NCBI GenBank assembly: GCA_028023455.1
Contig: JAQFVV010000006.1
Span: forward strand, 7,936,001 to 8,000,000
Length of the DNA stretch: 64,000 bases
Reading direction: 5' to 3'
Source of the DNA: Epiperipatus broadwayi
Taxonomy: Eukaryota > Animalia > Onychophora
The notes beneath the pieces were generated by a model. The model did not search any database, had not been told where the DNA came from, and saw only the letters and a program-made list of their open reading frames with translations. Made by a program: the position numbers and the translations under genes. Of this stretch, positions 63,489 to 64,000 are shown in pieces (within the stretch, counting starts at the first letter, position 1; each line of letters opens with the position of its first letter).

Positions 63489-63746
63489 ACACAGAGGCAA
63501 AACTCTTCATGCAGTAGCGTCACTCAGTGTAATCCAGGGTGATCAATGGATGGAGGAAGTTTGTGCATAACATCCCTATCTAGTGTCTACTCATAACTAA
63601 TGAAAGCCACAAGCTAGAAATTAGTCTGGAGATATTGGATGAGTAGGCACTAGATAGGGATTTTATGCATAAATCTTCCTGCATCCATTGATGACTCTGG
63701 CTTGCACTGAGTAGCACTACTGTATAGAGAGTTTTGCCTCAGTGTG
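63489..63746. mobile_element. Family A fold-back with the hammerhead in the loop
   Basis: Arms 63489-63594 and 63639-63746. The loop holds CTAATGA-aagccacaagcta-GAAA-TTAG-TC-tgga. Confidence 0.85.
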
Positions 63747-63771
63747 ATTTCAAATCTCTAATAAAGAAAGC

Positions 63772-64000
63772 AAAAGTAAATGGACATTACTTAAATCGTT
63801 TAGATTTTGCAGATGATGTGATTGGTTTTGCAAATAATGCATTAGAGCATTAGAAAAAGTTGCAAAAATTATCAGATGAGAGTAAAAAAGTAGGATTAGA
63901 GATAAATACTGCAAAGATTAAAATAATATTCATAGGATTTTCTTAAAAATAAAAAAAAAATCATAATCATGAATTAGAAGAAGTTAACCACAAATACCTT
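63772..64000 (+). mobile_element. RTE LINE RT fragment (5'-truncated, runs off the window)
   Basis: VNGHYLNRLDFADDVIGFANNAL...KKVGLEINTAK, homologous to about 18870-19110. Confidence 0.9.

Overview
This is very AT-rich (roughly 70% by eye) eukaryotic, probably invertebrate, intergenic or intronic DNA. I can identify no host gene confidently and found only two weak exon candidates. It is a graveyard of mobile elements: a near-full-length degenerate RTE LINE (16880-19668) plus a second fragment, L1/Tx1-like and other LINE remnants, a Tigger/pogo element, a mariner remnant, a hAT element, two related MITEs, a solo LTR and tRNA-Gly-derived retroposons. The dominant unannotated signal is Penelope-like element (PLE) biology. 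There are three clear GIY-YIG endonuclease remnants and about 30 minimal type I hammerhead ribozyme (HHR) motifs, which fall into at least 7 sequence families (my labels A, B, E, F, G, H, I). Many HHRs sit in short fold-back palindromes. Two palindromes carry 13-14 bp target-site duplications (TSDs), and one has an empty paralogous site inside the window. Family G has a non-canonical core (AUGA[A/U]UA, an apparent compensatory A3-U8 swap of the catalytic C3-G8 pair) with covarying stems in four copies. One young PLE has inserted into another PLE in frame, giving a chimeric 251-aa ORF. All alignments and folds were done by eye; no ribozyme activity or database novelty was tested.
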